Source of the DNA: a virus
Taxonomy: Duplodnaviria > Caudoviricetes
IMG/VR virus record: IMGVR_UViG_3300001580_000013
Coordinates: 1 to 64,000 of that record
Length of the DNA: 64,000 nucleotides
Strand: one strand, 5' to 3'
A model generated the notes under the pieces. That model ran no database searches. It worked only from the letters and a program-made list of their open reading frames with translations, and was not told where the DNA came from. The stretch's first letter is position 1, and the number at the start of each line of letters is the position of its first letter. The position numbers and the translations under genes are program-made. Shown piece by piece: positions 1 to 9,959 of the stretch.

Positions 1-14
1 TTATTTTATTTTTA

Positions 15-263
15 TCATTTTTTAAACCACCCAAACCACGATTTTTTCTTTTTCAACTGAGCAATTTTTTCTCTCAATCTTTCTATTTCAGCATTTTTAT
101 CACATATAACATCATCACGGTGATCCCATTGTTTGTTCTCATAAACAAATTTAAGACAGGCGGTATAAATTTTGGATTCAAATTTATCCATCTTGAGGCC
201 GACTCTGCCCTCACACCGGTGCTTCTCCCCAATTATACTATTTATTTCTGTCATCAAATCCAT
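15..263 (-). CDS. hypothetical phage protein
   Basis: ORF in minus-strand gene run; no recognisable motif. Confidence 0.6.
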   Translation of the reverse strand: MDLMTEINSIIGEKHRCEGRVGLKMDKFESKIYTACLKFVYENKQWDHRDDVICDKNAEIERLREKIAQLKKKKSWFGWFKK

Positions 264-264
264 A

Positions 265-374
265 TTACAAATTCCTAAAAAACATAATCACACCAAACCA
301 ATAACCGAAAGCTATTCCCATTAGGTAACAAGTAATCATTTTTATGTTTTCTTTTGTTTTTCTGATAGTTTCAT
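265..374 (-). pseudogene. small membrane protein split by a 1-nt frameshift (or sequencing error)
   Basis: AGGAG + ATG at 374 gives MKLSEKQKKT*; one extra A in the A4 run (347-350) joins it to the hydrophobic frame MITCYLMGIAFGYWFGVIMFFRNL (339-265), which lacks its own SD. Confidence 0.45.
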
Positions 375-395
375 TTTATTCTCCTACTAAAATTT

Positions 396-617
396 TTAAA
401 GAACTTGATCAATTAATTCGTTTATAGTTGAAACAATTTCATACGGTTCTTTATAGTGATAAAAATTTATTCCCTTTCTTCCCATAGTCCAACACGCCAT
501 CGTTCCATCTTTTCCTCTTATAAAATCTGCCACACCACTATGTGCCATCTGTGACCGAAATCGTTCTGTTCCGTTTGATAGTTCATCAATTTTTAATAAT
601 TTAATCGGTGTAGTCAT
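396..617 (-). CDS. hypothetical protein
   Basis: ORF with AGGAG SD. Confidence 0.7.
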   Translation of the reverse strand: MTTPIKLLKIDELSNGTERFRSQMAHSGVADFIRGKDGTMACWTMGRKGINFYHYKEPYEIVSTINELIDQVL

Positions 618-618
618 T

Positions 619-858
619 TTATTCTCCTATTGTAATTCCATAATGACCATTATCTCGTATAACTTTCATTCTGTGTTTAATATATTCAGTGGTGCAATAT
701 ACTATATATAATTTTTCCAATCCTTCCGCTACATCATCGGGTGCTATCCATGTTCCATTATAAAATCTCGTAGCTTTCCATTCTTCACCATTATCCCTTT
801 GTAAAGTAACCTCTGCGACTTTTTTATCTTCTGAGTATTCTACTTTTATTACCTTCAT
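619..858 (-). CDS. hypothetical protein
   Basis: ORF with GGAGAG SD. Confidence 0.7.
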   Translation of the reverse strand: MKVIKVEYSEDKKVAEVTLQRDNGEEWKATRFYNGTWIAPDDVAEGLEKLYIVYCTTEYIKHRMKVIRDNGHYGITIGE

Positions 859-879
859 TTTTATTCTCTCCTTTTCGAT

Positions 880-1278
880 TTAATACCAATCATCTCCATC
901 AACTTCTTCCAATCTCTTTTGAGTTGGCATATAACCACAGTGGTAAGATGAATTAAATTCTATTCCATAACCAACAAACATTTCGGTATCATAGTTTGGA
1001 TCACATTCTTCAAAATATTCTTCTCGACTTGATATACTCAAATATCTCGCATCTTTCAATTTCTCCATATCTATATTTTTAAATTCAATGTATATTATTT
1101 TATCGTTGGTATCCTTTCCTATAACAAAATCAAAACCAGCAGATAATCCTTCATAAACACTCGCAATCATTACCTGTGCAGAATAACTATCTCTATCACT
1201 CCATTTAGTGTGATGAACTACAGCATTCTCACAAATGTTCATCAATTCTTCTCTGGTATATGTATTTTTTGATTTCAT
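880..1278 (-). CDS. hypothetical early protein
   Basis: ORF with GGGAGAG SD directly below an early promoter. Confidence 0.75.
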   Translation of the reverse strand: MKSKNTYTREELMNICENAVVHHTKWSDRDSYSAQVMIASVYEGLSAGFDFVIGKDTNDKIIYIEFKNIDMEKLKDARYLSISSREEYFEECDPNYDTEMFVGYGIEFNSSYHCGYMPTQKRLEEVDGDDWY

Positions 1279-1310
1279 TTTCTTTCTCTCCCATTTAATT
1301 TATACCAACA

Positions 1311-1339
1311 AATTTACGAAATAAAAATTCAAATGTCAA
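1311..1339 (-). promoter_or_regulatory. early sigma70-type promoter
   Basis: TTGACA (1339-1334), 17 nt, TAAATT (1316-1311). Confidence 0.7.
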
Positions 1340-1357
1340 GTAAAATCTTCACAATTT

Positions 1358-1365
1358 TATAAATA
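1358..1365 (+). promoter_or_regulatory. T4-type late promoter
   Basis: TATAAATA 24 nt upstream of the first gene of the terminase operon. Confidence 0.8.
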
Positions 1366-1389
1366 AAATAAAACGATGGAGGTTTTGGG

Positions 1390-1830
1390 ATGGAAAATCA
1401 AGCAACGAGTTATCAAATAATATCAGAAATACGACACCCAAATGGGCAACTTCTTTATTCTGAAAATATTCCAGAAGTATATAATTTCACAATAAAAAGA
1501 GAATTACTAACGGATCAGGCTTACTATGAAGAATTTGTTATAGATAAAAGAGAAGAACATTTAAAAGAATTAAAAGAAAAACATCCTTCTAAAAGACATT
1601 GGTATAATCCCGATGGTTTTGTACATAAACAATTAAATGAAATAATTCACATTGATTGTAATGATGCAAATATGGAAGATATGTATAGCTTCGTCAATTG
1701 TCACATCATATTTTATTCGAACAAGGATGGATCAGTTCTTTATGAATTTGGCACACCCGTAGAGGAAATTAAACAGGAGATCAAAAAAAATGGCTGGCAA
1801 AAATTCTGGCACAAAATTAGAAATAAATGA
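1390..1830 (+). CDS. hypothetical late protein
   Basis: GGAGG SD; first gene after late promoter. Confidence 0.7.
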   Translation: MENQATSYQIISEIRHPNGQLLYSENIPEVYNFTIKRELLTDQAYYEEFVIDKREEHLKELKEKHPSKRHWYNPDGFVHKQLNEIIHIDCNDANMEDMYSFVNCHIIFYSNKDGSVLYEFGTPVEEIKQEIKKNGWQKFWHKIRNK

Positions 1831-2395
1831 AACTGAAGAAAATCTAAAAGAAATAGCCGCTATAACAAAATTAAATAATGATATAACTGATATCCTGAAA
1901 ACAGGAATTGATGTCAGTGCAGATGATATGGATTTAGATTTACATATTCAGAAAATGAAACAGAATCTTCCGGCGGTTGTATCAACTTTTAAAAATGAAT
2001 TAGATATAAGCGAAAAGTCTCCTTTCTCAGAGGATGATATCATCAATGATTATATTTCTATAAGGGAAAATATTCTCGCAGCCATCAACATATTAAAGGG
2101 TGTTCTGAAAAATCTTCCTTTTGATGGTGCTGGTGTGATCAAACCAATTATGATAGCAAATTGCACACAGCTTTTAAAAGAAATAAGAGAACACGAAAAA
2201 TTTTTATTAGAAATGCACGATAGAATAATTGAAAATAAAAAAAATAAAATAGAAACAGCAAAAAATAATCCAAAACCCGGAGTTCAGAACAACACATTTC
2301 TTTTTGCTACCGATACAAAAACTATGAGAGAAATGTCAAGAAGGGCAATACAGGAAAGTGGCGTAGAAATAGGAACAGCAGAGGAAATACAATAA
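1790..2395 (+). CDS. terS: probable terminase small subunit (T4 gp16-like)
   Basis: Immediately upstream of and coupled to terL; helical; C-terminal NNTFLFATDTKTM resembles gp16-type NN(T)xFxGST motif. Confidence 0.65.
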   Translation: MAGKNSGTKLEINETEENLKEIAAITKLNNDITDILKTGIDVSADDMDLDLHIQKMKQNLPAVVSTFKNELDISEKSPFSEDDIINDYISIRENILAAINILKGVLKNLPFDGAGVIKPIMIANCTQLLKEIREHEKFLLEMHDRIIENKKNKIETAKNNPKPGVQNNTFLFATDTKTMREMSRRAIQESGVEIGTAEEIQ

Positions 2396-4713
2396 TGGGA
2401 ATGGTCATAAGAAACCGAACTATATTGGATGTTGATTTTGATTCAAACGGTAAAAAAATAAAAAATTATATTGGTATGCCCGGCGTAAAAGCATCTAATG
2501 TCAGCATTAATTGGACTGATGAAATGATTGCAGAGGATAATAAATGTTCAAAGGATATACTGTATTATGCAAAAAATTATTTCTATCATGTTCATCCGAG
2601 AAAAGGAAAAAAACTGATTGAATTATATGACTATCAGGAAGATATTTTGCCGAGTTTGGTTGATGAAAGATTTAATATTATACTTCAAAGTAGGCAGTCA
2701 GGAAAATGTGTGGTCTATGATTCAAATGTTATTATAAGAGATAAAAAAACTTTAGAAGAAAAATTTATAAAAATAGGAAAACTATTTGATAGGTTAGTTC
2801 ATAGTAATAAAACAAGAAAAAAATTCAACAAAGATAATAAATTCGTTGAAGCCATAGAAAACAATAATTTTGAAGTTTTCACTGATACCGGGTGGAAAAG
2901 CTTTGATGGAATTGGAAAAACTATTCCATTTAAAAAAATTGAAATAAGAACAAAAAATCATACCCTATGTTGTGCAGACAATCATATTCTAATTAATAGT
3001 TCACAAAAAAATATTTTTGCGAAAGATTTAAAAGTTGGAGATTTTTTAAGAACGAAGAAAGGTTTGGATGAAGTTGTTGAAATAATTTATCACGAAACAA
3101 AGAAACCGATGTATGATCTTCTGAATGTTGAAAATCAAAAATATTATACAAATGGTTTATTAAGTCATAACAGTACTGTTGTTTCCTTGTTTTGTTCGTG
3201 GTATGTTCTATATAATGACGATAAAACTATTCTTATTGTAAGTAAAGATAAAGACAGTGCAAAGGATGTATTAGATAAAATAAAGGTAGCATTTCAAAAT
3301 CTGCCCTATGCAATTCAGCCGGGAGTAGTTGAATGGAATAAAACTACTATCGAATTTGATAATGGTTGCAAAATCATTGTAACAACTAATCCACGAGGCA
3401 AAACTGGAAATATACTTCTTCTGGATGAGGCCGCACACATAAAGGGTTGGAGAGATTTTTCTCAAAATGCTTTACCAACAATAACGGTTGACCCCGAATC
3501 AAAAGTTATTATGGTCGGTACACCAAACGGAAGAAACCATTTTCATAATTATTGGTATAGAGCCAATAAACCAAAAGATGATAAAGAATACAACAATTTT
3601 ATTCCTTGGTTGGTTACATGGGATATGGTTCCGGGGCGAGATGCCTCTTGGAAAGAACAAACTTTAAAACTGCTGTCTGATGAAGTTGGATCAGCTGGGG
3701 CAATGGAAAAGTTTGAACGAGAATATAATTGTAAGTTTGATAGTACAACCGGCGCACTATTGCGAGCCGACACTTTAAATTGGTTTAGTGATATAAGTAT
3801 GCTTCCATTGAATGTTGATGTTTTATATTCTTCGGAATTAAAAAAATTGGCGGATTATAAAAAATATTTAAGAATGTATAGATTGAAAGAATTAAAACAC
3901 CGTTATGTTATGGGGATCGATAGTTCCACAAACATTCAAGACGGAACGGGGGATTCAACTGCCCTAACAATATACGATGTCACGAGTATTCCTTTTAAAC
4001 AATGTTGTATAATAAACATATCAGAAGGAATATCTTACAGGGAAATACCCTATATCGCTTATGCTGTGGGAACTTACTATAATAATGCTTATATCTTCAC
4101 GGAGAACAATGAAGGGGCAGGAAGAGAAGCAAACAGGGTTCTTGAGGATATGGGATATGAAAATTTATATTGGGATAACACCACGCTTGCCGGATTTAGA
4201 ACAACGCAAAAAAGTAAAAAATTGGGTTGCGAAAATTTTAAATTAATTGCAGATAACAAAAATATAGAAATATATGATATATCTCTCATTTCTCAGTTGG
4301 GACATTTCGTCAAAAAGAAAACAAGTTATGCTGGGGATGGAGATGAACCAGATGATGAAGTTATGAGTACTATTGCTGCTTTGTATTTTTTGACTCTCCA
4401 AGATGATATAATGCTTCAAAATATTTTGGGTGATACAAATATTTTAAATAATCATCATGTTCTATTTCAGAAGATTTTAAATAAGAATTGCATTGAAACT
4501 GAAAAATCAATATTGACTACTCAGGATATTCTTGAAATAATGACAAGAGATGATTCTGAAGCAGTTCAAGAAAGAATAATGAAGAACATGAACATAAAGG
4601 ATGAAGATAAAATTCCTTATGAATTTGATATTTTTAAATTAATGGCTGATGAAATAAAAGAAAGGGAGAATGGTGGAGCAATAGACAGAGACGGAGATTT
4701 CATACCGTTTTAA
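2395..4713 (+). CDS. terL: terminase large subunit (T4 gp17-like), intein-containing
   Basis: LYDYQ Q-motif, RQSGK|ST Walker A, LLLDEAAH Walker B, VGTPNGRNHF, REYNCKF, nuclease GIDSS and DDEVM motifs. Confidence 0.95.
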   Translation: MGMVIRNRTILDVDFDSNGKKIKNYIGMPGVKASNVSINWTDEMIAEDNKCSKDILYYAKNYFYHVHPRKGKKLIELYDYQEDILPSLVDERFNIILQSRQSGKCVVYDSNVIIRDKKTLEEKFIKIGKLFDRLVHSNKTRKKFNKDNKFVEAIENNNFEVFTDTGWKSFDGIGKTIPFKKIEIRTKNHTLCCADNHILINSSQKNIFAKDLKVGDFLRTKKGLDEVVEIIYHETKKPMYDLLNVENQKYYTNGLLSHNSTVVSLFCSWYVLYNDDKTILIVSKDKDSAKDVLDKIKVAFQNLPYAIQPGVVEWNKTTIEFDNGCKIIVTTNPRGKTGNILLLDEAAHIKGWRDFSQNALPTITVDPESKVIMVGTPNGRNHFHNYWYRANKPKDDKEYNNFIPWLVTWDMVPGRDASWKEQTLKLLSDEVGSAGAMEKFEREYNCKFDSTTGALLRADTLNWFSDISMLPLNVDVLYSSELKKLADYKKYLRMYRLKELKHRYVMGIDSSTNIQDGTGDSTALTIYDVTSIPFKQCCIINISEGISYREIPYIAYAVGTYYNNAYIFTENNEGAGREANRVLEDMGYENLYWDNTTLAGFRTTQKSKKLGCENFKLIADNKNIEIYDISLISQLGHFVKKKTSYAGDGDEPDDEVMSTIAALYFLTLQDDIMLQNILGDTNILNNHHVLFQKILNKNCIETEKSILTTQDILEIMTRDDSEAVQERIMKNMNIKDEDKIPYEFDIFKLMADEIKERENGGAIDRDGDFIPF
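2707..3171 (+). mobile_element. mini-intein (155 aa, no homing endonuclease) in terL Walker A
   Basis: Starts CVVYDS right after GK, block B CADNHIL, ends YYTNGLLSHN followed by Ser(+1); removal restores RQSGKST. Confidence 0.92.
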
Positions 4714-4947
4714 CTATCTTATCCATTTAATTTTTGGAGATTTTGTTACTGTAATTTCAACAAAATCTCCGGTTTCTTTTGATTCATAAAAACTTTTTGT
4801 GATTAGAAAAATGTGATCACGGTAGCAATATAATCCATTTTCTTTATCCTCTACAGATTGATACCATCCTCCACCAAAATAACTATTCAATTTTAAATCA
4901 TTTTGTTTTGAAAGGATCAACTTATCAAATGCTAAATTATTTGTCAT
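4714..4947 (-). CDS. hypothetical protein
   Basis: ORF convergent with terL, zero gap. Confidence 0.6.
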   Translation of the reverse strand: MTNNLAFDKLILSKQNDLKLNSYFGGGWYQSVEDKENGLYCYRDHIFLITKSFYESKETGDFVEITVTKSPKIKWIR

Positions 4948-5206
4948 TTATTTTGTTGAGTATATACTTAAAACTTGGTAGTCTGCCTTTATTTTTCTTT
5001 GGTGGAATTTCTTCTTTTAAAACTTCTTTCTTCGCTTTCGGATTCTCCTTATTCCATTCTATTTTGGCTGTGTATATACTTTTTTCTGATATCACATGAT
5101 TACCACAGGAACAAAACATTTTATGGATACCGTTGGTGTAAGATGAGGGATAACTTGATATCATTTTTGGATCATTTCCACATATTTTACATTTGTTTAT
5201 CATCAT
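4937..5206 (-). CDS. hypothetical Zn-ribbon protein
   Basis: CKIC...CSC motifs; ATGA coupling. Confidence 0.65.
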   Translation of the reverse strand: MMINKCKICGNDPKMISSYPSSYTNGIHKMFCSCGNHVISEKSIYTAKIEWNKENPKAKKEVLKEEIPPKKNKGRLPSFKYILNKINDK

Positions 5207-5436
5207 TTATTTCCTCTTATTTTATTTTTCATATTTTTTGATCGGATGAGTAGTCCGAATAAAATATCTAATCCAATAGCTTGCCAAAAAGTAATTTCAT
5301 TTATTCCATTGACCACGGGAATGAGACAACTGTTCCATAGAAATTTTGTGAGTAAACCCGCTATTATAGTCATCAGCAAAAAAGATATAACTGCGAGTAT
5401 TAATTCTGTTATGGGTTTGGTTGGTCGATAATTCAT
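5203..5436 (-). CDS. small two-TM membrane protein
   Basis: Two hydrophobic segments; ITFWQAIGL motif common in phage membrane proteins. Confidence 0.7.
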   Translation of the reverse strand: MNYRPTKPITELILAVISFLLMTIIAGLLTKFLWNSCLIPVVNGINEITFWQAIGLDILFGLLIRSKNMKNKIRGNK

Positions 5437-5450
5437 TTTATTTCTCCAAT

Positions 5451-6359
5451 TTAAAATTTATTTTCTGCCAGAGGATCACTATTCACATTAAAGGTGAACA
5501 ATCCTTTATTTTTCCACATTTCAAGCACAGAATGTCTATCATCAATTACAAAATCACAATAATATTTCCCTCTGATATGTTCTTCAAACATTTCGGATTT
5601 AATAATTGTATCATTTCTGTTATCATCAGCTTTTCTCATAATTACTTTGTTATATCTGACAGTATTTGCTCTTAACCATTCTTCTGTTTGTTCTCTACAA
5701 GAATCTTTCCTTCCAGAGAAAATAAATACTTTCAATCTTTGTGTATCATAAAAGAGATTAACGACTTCTCTGACTTGTGGAATAACTTCATCTTGACCAA
5801 CTTTAGTTTCATCGTACATAGACCGTCTGCCTTTTGAATTGGCAAGTGTTCCGTCAATATCTACTATAAGGCAATGTGGCAAATTTATATCTTCTTCGTA
5901 TTTTGGTTTAGCCGTTTCCATCATTTCTCTTAGAACAAGTTCATGCTTTCTCCAAGTTTTCTTTAATATCTTTTCACCCAAAGAATCTGGTCTATTTTTA
6001 TCTCGTTCTATTGCTTGGTTGAGTGATATCGGAAATTCTTTTATTTCTATTTCATCAATATCAAAATTAAAATCATCTTTCAACTTCTGAATAAATTGTT
6101 TCCATGTTTCAATATATTTTTTATCGAGGTGCATAGCATCAATTATAACATTGTAACCATCAAAAAGAAATTGTCTTACTATTGTTCGTTCAATTACCGT
6201 AACTTGTTTCTCATTTTGATCTGAAAAAATATATCCGTTGACCATTTTTCTGATCTCATCCCTATTCACTCTCCTATATGTGGGGTTATCAAGAATGAAT
6301 TGTTTAGCCCAAAAACTTTTTCCCGAAGCCTGTATTCCGCGCGTTAATATCACTTTCAT
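5451..6359 (-). CDS. pseT: polynucleotide 5'-kinase / 3'-phosphatase (T4 PseT-like)
   Basis: N-terminal GIQASGKS P-loop and VNRDEIR; C-terminal HAD DIDGTLA, FSGR, IDDR. Confidence 0.93.
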   Translation of the reverse strand: MKVILTRGIQASGKSFWAKQFILDNPTYRRVNRDEIRKMVNGYIFSDQNEKQVTVIERTIVRQFLFDGYNVIIDAMHLDKKYIETWKQFIQKLKDDFNFDIDEIEIKEFPISLNQAIERDKNRPDSLGEKILKKTWRKHELVLREMMETAKPKYEEDINLPHCLIVDIDGTLANSKGRRSMYDETKVGQDEVIPQVREVVNLFYDTQRLKVFIFSGRKDSCREQTEEWLRANTVRYNKVIMRKADDNRNDTIIKSEMFEEHIRGKYYCDFVIDDRHSVLEMWKNKGLFTFNVNSDPLAENKF

Positions 6360-6371
6360 CTACTTCTCCTT

Positions 6372-6806
6372 TTATTCAAAATATCCGAATTTAACTTCAA
6401 GTTTCTGATTCAGAACTTTCTCAAGTTTTTCTATATGCTTCTTGTGATGAGATTTGAATTTGTTAATTGCTTCTTCTATAAGAGATGGTGTTATTTCTAT
6501 ATATTCCTTATCATACCCAACTTCACATACTTTCAAAACCGGGCAATAATTAGACCATATTGCGTGGATATTATTATCTATATCAAAATCCTCTTGAAAA
6601 ATATCATCCTCTCCAAGTAAGTCTGATATATCTTTATACTCTTGTCTGTTTCTTATTTTCAATACTAATTTTGATCCGCACAAACAACAATAGGTTTCAT
6701 CATCATTATATATTTTATCTTCATGAATTTCGCAGGTTTTGTATTCTTTTTGTATGATTTCTTTTTGAATAGGGAATGCTATATATACTTTTAATCCTGA
6801 ATCCAT
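6372..6806 (-). CDS. hypothetical protein
   Basis: Likely start is ATG 6806 (GGAG SD); the ORF-track start lies in the promoter. Confidence 0.65.
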   Translation of the reverse strand: MDSGLKVYIAFPIQKEIIQKEYKTCEIHEDKIYNDDETYCCLCGSKLVLKIRNRQEYKDISDLLGEDDIFQEDFDIDNNIHAIWSNYCPVLKVCEVGYDKEYIEITPSLIEEAINKFKSHHKKHIEKLEKVLNQKLEVKFGYFE

Positions 6807-6837
6807 TTTAATTCTCCATTTCAAATTCAACATGGGA

Positions 6838-6866
6838 AATATAACACAATTTTGATCCAATGTCAA
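6838..6866 (-). promoter_or_regulatory. early sigma70-type promoter
   Basis: TTGACA (6866-6861), 17 nt, TATATT (6843-6838). Confidence 0.8.
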
Positions 6867-6884
6867 GGAAAAAGATTAAATTTT

Positions 6885-6892
6885 TATAAATA
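6885..6892 (+). promoter_or_regulatory. T4-type late promoter
   Basis: TATAAATA 23 nt upstream of baseplate operon. Confidence 0.8.
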
Positions 6893-6915
6893 AAGGAAAA
6901 CAAGAAGGGGTAAAA

Positions 6916-8472
6916 GTGAGTAACACTACACTCAACTTATACAGAAAAATTTTAAATCTAAACAATCTTCAAGATATTTCATACATCTTTGAAAATAAAA
7001 GCTTCCTTGATATTGTCTATGATAAATATAGATTTAATCCTGATACAAATAAATATTACATTGATGAAACAAATGTAAATCTTACAGTTTCAAAAGATTT
7101 GGAACTTGAGTGGATAAAGATGTATGCTAACGATATCTATGATCTTTATAATTATTTTTTTGAAAATACTTCAAAATATGTAGAAACAACAAAAACTTTA
7201 TCCGATGGTGATATCATTAAAGTCTATGGATTACTTGATGATACAAAAGACGGATTATATACCGTAGCAAGTGTTGTTGGTAATGTTATAACGGTAGATG
7301 AGACAACTCTACCAACTTATACCGGAACATTTTATGTGACCAAAGATAATTTCATTTGGTCTGCAACTGAAACCGCGTCAACAAATGAAATAACTTTAGA
7401 GAATTATACACAAAATAATTATATGAATGTGATCGAAACAGATGAAGAATGTTTTAACCGATTAGTAGCAACGGAAACTTATAGAAAAATGTTTTTAAGT
7501 TTTTTACCAGAATTTCAAAAACTGAAAGGAACAAAAACTTATATGTATTTCATTATTAAATTCTTCTATCTGATCAAGTATTATGATTTAACTTTATCTG
7601 CATCGGAAAATTTATCTGCTTCTGAATTAATTTGTGAAATAAATGATTCGGATACTCAGTGTGATACGAATTTTGTTTTTTCGATAACTTGCGATATTCC
7701 TAAAACAGTTTACGATGTTTGCCTTAAACCCGTTATTTGCCCTCACGGATGGATAGATTACTATTATGAAACCTCTGGTATAATTCCTTATGGTTATGCG
7801 GAAAATAATACATTCAATTTAAAGAATGATAACTGCTACATTGACATCTTAGCTTCTAAAAGGGATAGAGTTTTAAACGAATTATGTAACATAAAAAGAT
7901 ATGGAAATGTTGAGATGGAAAATTTAGTTCCTTTTGGTTTACAGACAGGAACAATGAACATCGCAGGATTCTATTCCTATTTGACATTTGGAGGTTATGA
8001 TGCTGGCTTAGATAAAGTAGAAAATGTTATAAGCCGATTGATGACAGGAGAAGATGAAAGAACTCTTCCAACAATCAATCCTCCGGTTTATATTTTTAAT
8101 GGATATGAACCTGTAACAAATGCAACACAAATTATAAATTATGTTGACAGTTCGCAAATTTTTAATGATGGCGATGGTGGGGTGTACGCCGATTTATATA
8201 ATTATTATGCATTTGATATAGAATATTTATTGGTTGATTTTGATGTTCATCCATATGATAATGTAAATGTAAAACTAATGACTTCGCCCCTTCCAAACAC
8301 GACATATGATAAAATCTATATTCAAAGTATAGCAGAAGATGATTCTGATCCAGAAAATCCTATAGTGTATGCTAAATCAGATATTGTATCATTTGATATA
8401 AGTTATAGCCAAACAAATCCCACAAACATAAATAAAATTATACCAAATCCAGTACCACCAAGTCCAAAATAA
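6916..8472 (+). CDS. virion structural protein, possibly baseplate wedge (gp7-like)
   Basis: Late operon position; FQKLKGTKTYMYFIIKFFY segment resembles gp7/tail-P2-I-type KG(T)..(s)..f motif. Confidence 0.5.
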   Translation: MSNTTLNLYRKILNLNNLQDISYIFENKSFLDIVYDKYRFNPDTNKYYIDETNVNLTVSKDLELEWIKMYANDIYDLYNYFFENTSKYVETTKTLSDGDIIKVYGLLDDTKDGLYTVASVVGNVITVDETTLPTYTGTFYVTKDNFIWSATETASTNEITLENYTQNNYMNVIETDEECFNRLVATETYRKMFLSFLPEFQKLKGTKTYMYFIIKFFYLIKYYDLTLSASENLSASELICEINDSDTQCDTNFVFSITCDIPKTVYDVCLKPVICPHGWIDYYYETSGIIPYGYAENNTFNLKNDNCYIDILASKRDRVLNELCNIKRYGNVEMENLVPFGLQTGTMNIAGFYSYLTFGGYDAGLDKVENVISRLMTGEDERTLPTINPPVYIFNGYEPVTNATQIINYVDSSQIFNDGDGGVYADLYNYYAFDIEYLLVDFDVHPYDNVNVKLMTSPLPNTTYDKIYIQSIAEDDSDPENPIVYAKSDIVSFDISYSQTNPTNINKIIPNPVPPSPK

Positions 8473-8485
8473 AAGGAGTATAAAA

Positions 8486-9931
8486 TTGAATAACCAAACT
8501 TTCGTTAACGGAACTCGAATTGATAGTATAAACAATTTAAATTATTTAAAACTGATCCAAAGTAATCTTTATATCGGATTTTTAAACAGAGCCAACACTT
8601 CATGGGGATCATGTGTTCTGATTGGAATAGACACCGCTACTTTGGTTTCTGATGAATTACTTACATACGTTAATAAAGATGTAAGTGGAGAAGAATTATA
8701 TGCTAAATTATTTAATGAAAATGGTACGGATGATGTGGCGCAGACCCCAAATGATGATAGTCACCTTTGGAAAATTTTAAGAATAAATTCAAAGTGGATG
8801 CTCATTGAAAATCTATCAACCGATGTTACTGTAGATTTTCCTGATGGAGTTTCTTATACTGATTTTTCAAAAAATTTAATTGTTTCTGATGATTCTTATG
8901 TTGTTGATATATACAAATATGACGCTGGATTTACAAAAATAAACTTTGATGATCCAGATGATTTAATTCTTCCGATCAGATACAAAAATTCAGATAGTCA
9001 TTTCTACTATGCAAATAAAACTGTTCATCTTTCTTCTTCCGGAACAACCAATCCCGTTTATGGATTTGAAAATTTAACTCTTTTGGAAAATTCAAAAGAC
9101 AACACAAGCATAAAAATTGTAGATGTTCCTGACAGCATATTTTCACAAATAAATCAAGGATCAATCAATATTCAAAATAGAAGATTTGATGTGGTTGACA
9201 GTACAAGCAATGCGGTTTTAATTAGAAATATAACTTATGACACCGTGATAGATTTCAATGATGTCAAAATGTTAAAATTCTACTACTCAACCCAAAAAGG
9301 CGAAAAGGTTTTATTAGCTACAAATAATGTTTACGAAAATGTTTATGAAATTTATCCCGATTATGTTATAGATTTATTAACCGAAATGGTGAATGATAAC
9401 AGTCCTCCGGGAATTGATTATACCTATACCGTTGATAATTTCATGTTGGACAGTTTATTTATCCCTACATCGGCAGAAGATACATTTGATTATACGAATT
9501 TTCATCACTGGGATTTTATTGAATCGTGCAAAGCCACCGTTTATTTTTCGAGTTTAGCGAATGAAAGCAATAGAACAATAAGTGGAACAAACGGAATGTA
9601 TATTGACGATTCGGTTTATACTGCATTGGCTTACGGAAATGGATCAACTTGGGGCGCGATAAAAGAAAATAATTTGAATAAACTTTTACTTAATTTTAAT
9701 TTATTTATCCCAGAAAATGAGCCACTTGCTCCCGACGAATTTGATTTATGGATTGATTCCGGAACTTTGAAAATGTGGAATGGAACTGACGCGTGGATAA
9801 CTTTAACTGATACAGATATAAGACAAATTGGAGTATTTTACATCAATGGATCAGACAGGGATTTAATCTATCTAACCAATATCAATAAAATAGCTCCAGC
9901 GGGAAACATGAATATTCAGATTATATTATAA
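8486..9931 (+). CDS. virion structural protein, possibly baseplate wedge (gp8-like)
   Basis: N-terminal LYIGFLNRANTSWG, C-terminal IRQIGVF...DLIYLTN recall gp8-type ends; synteny. Confidence 0.5.
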   Translation: MNNQTFVNGTRIDSINNLNYLKLIQSNLYIGFLNRANTSWGSCVLIGIDTATLVSDELLTYVNKDVSGEELYAKLFNENGTDDVAQTPNDDSHLWKILRINSKWMLIENLSTDVTVDFPDGVSYTDFSKNLIVSDDSYVVDIYKYDAGFTKINFDDPDDLILPIRYKNSDSHFYYANKTVHLSSSGTTNPVYGFENLTLLENSKDNTSIKIVDVPDSIFSQINQGSINIQNRRFDVVDSTSNAVLIRNITYDTVIDFNDVKMLKFYYSTQKGEKVLLATNNVYENVYEIYPDYVIDLLTEMVNDNSPPGIDYTYTVDNFMLDSLFIPTSAEDTFDYTNFHHWDFIESCKATVYFSSLANESNRTISGTNGMYIDDSVYTALAYGNGSTWGAIKENNLNKLLLNFNLFIPENEPLAPDEFDLWIDSGTLKMWNGTDAWITLTDTDIRQIGVFYINGSDRDLIYLTNINKIAPAGNMNIQIIL

Positions 9932-9934
9932 ATA
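9927..9934 (+). promoter_or_regulatory. T4-type late promoter
   Basis: TATAAATA overlapping upstream stop, 25 nt before 9960. Confidence 0.7.
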
Positions 9935-9959
9935 AAAGAAAACAAAACAGGAAAGCTTT

